Source of the DNA: Eledone cirrhosa
Taxonomy: Eukaryota
DNA: 64,000 nucleotides
Direction: 5' to 3'
NCBI GenBank assembly: GCA_964016885.1
Contig: OZ024757.1
Span: forward strand, 30,380,001 to 30,444,000
This document shows, piece by piece, positions 63,608 through 64,000 of this stretch; the first letter of the stretch is position 1, and each line of letters starts with the position of its first letter. Made by a program: the position numbers and the translations under genes. The notes below the pieces were generated by a model. The model had not been told where the DNA came from. It saw only the letters and a program-made list of their open reading frames with translations, and did not search any database.

Positions 63608-64000
63608 AAGAAGCCACATTCTTGTCATATATAATGGAAGTCATTCTCTTGTGGAGAAAGCCACATACCTGTGATAAATCATTCTCTTACTCAAGTTGCT
63701 ACTCTTGATGCAAGCATGAGATTTCATAAAGCTATATACATTGTAAATCATTCTTTCAATATCTACAAAAAGATTTGATTCTCTGCCATATCCCCAGTGT
63801 TGGTGATTTACATGATGAACGCACCCAGTACACACTGTAAAGTGGCTACTTATAAGAAAGGCATCCAGCTGTAGAAAAACTGCCAAACAAAAGACTGGAA
63901 TGGTAAAGTCCCCCTTCAGTCACTAATGACCATGGGATTTGTACCGAGAAAGATCTCCGAGGTACAAGTCCAGGCAAGAATGTTTGTGGAAGACCAGCAG

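Overview
AT-rich, repeat-dense metazoan genomic DNA, most likely an octopus (inferred from the SINE repertoire, TA/CA microsatellites and CDICGKSF-type C2H2 zinc-finger arrays). I reconstructed five protein-coding units by hand from splice signals and reading frames. (1) A DIPK1/FAM69-family gene on + (13772-26332, about 412 aa), with a candidate 7-nt micro-exon and a degenerate catalytic loop. (2) A five-exon UFSP1-like Ufm1 protease on - (36281-31509, 214 aa). (3) IST1 on + (37982-55734, 332 aa), head-to-head with UFSP1. (4, 5) Two tandem paralogous intronless C2H2 zinc-finger ORFs (61146-62162 and 62387-63607) behind one apparent promoter and non-coding first exon. The rest is transposon debris: tRNA-derived SINEs, RTE/CR1/CRE LINE fragments, DD37D maT, mariner, hAT, piggyBac-type and Helitron non-autonomous elements, Penelope-like palindromic termini and TE-derived satellites. 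The most interesting signals are several type I hammerhead ribozyme motifs (one sense-oriented in the IST1 intron), a TA-flanked element with convergent pogo-like and piggyBac-like ORF starts, the micro-exon and tandem-donor switch in DIPK1, the two-ORF zinc-finger locus, and a 60-bp satellite born from a MITE end. All family assignments come from motif recognition, not database searches.
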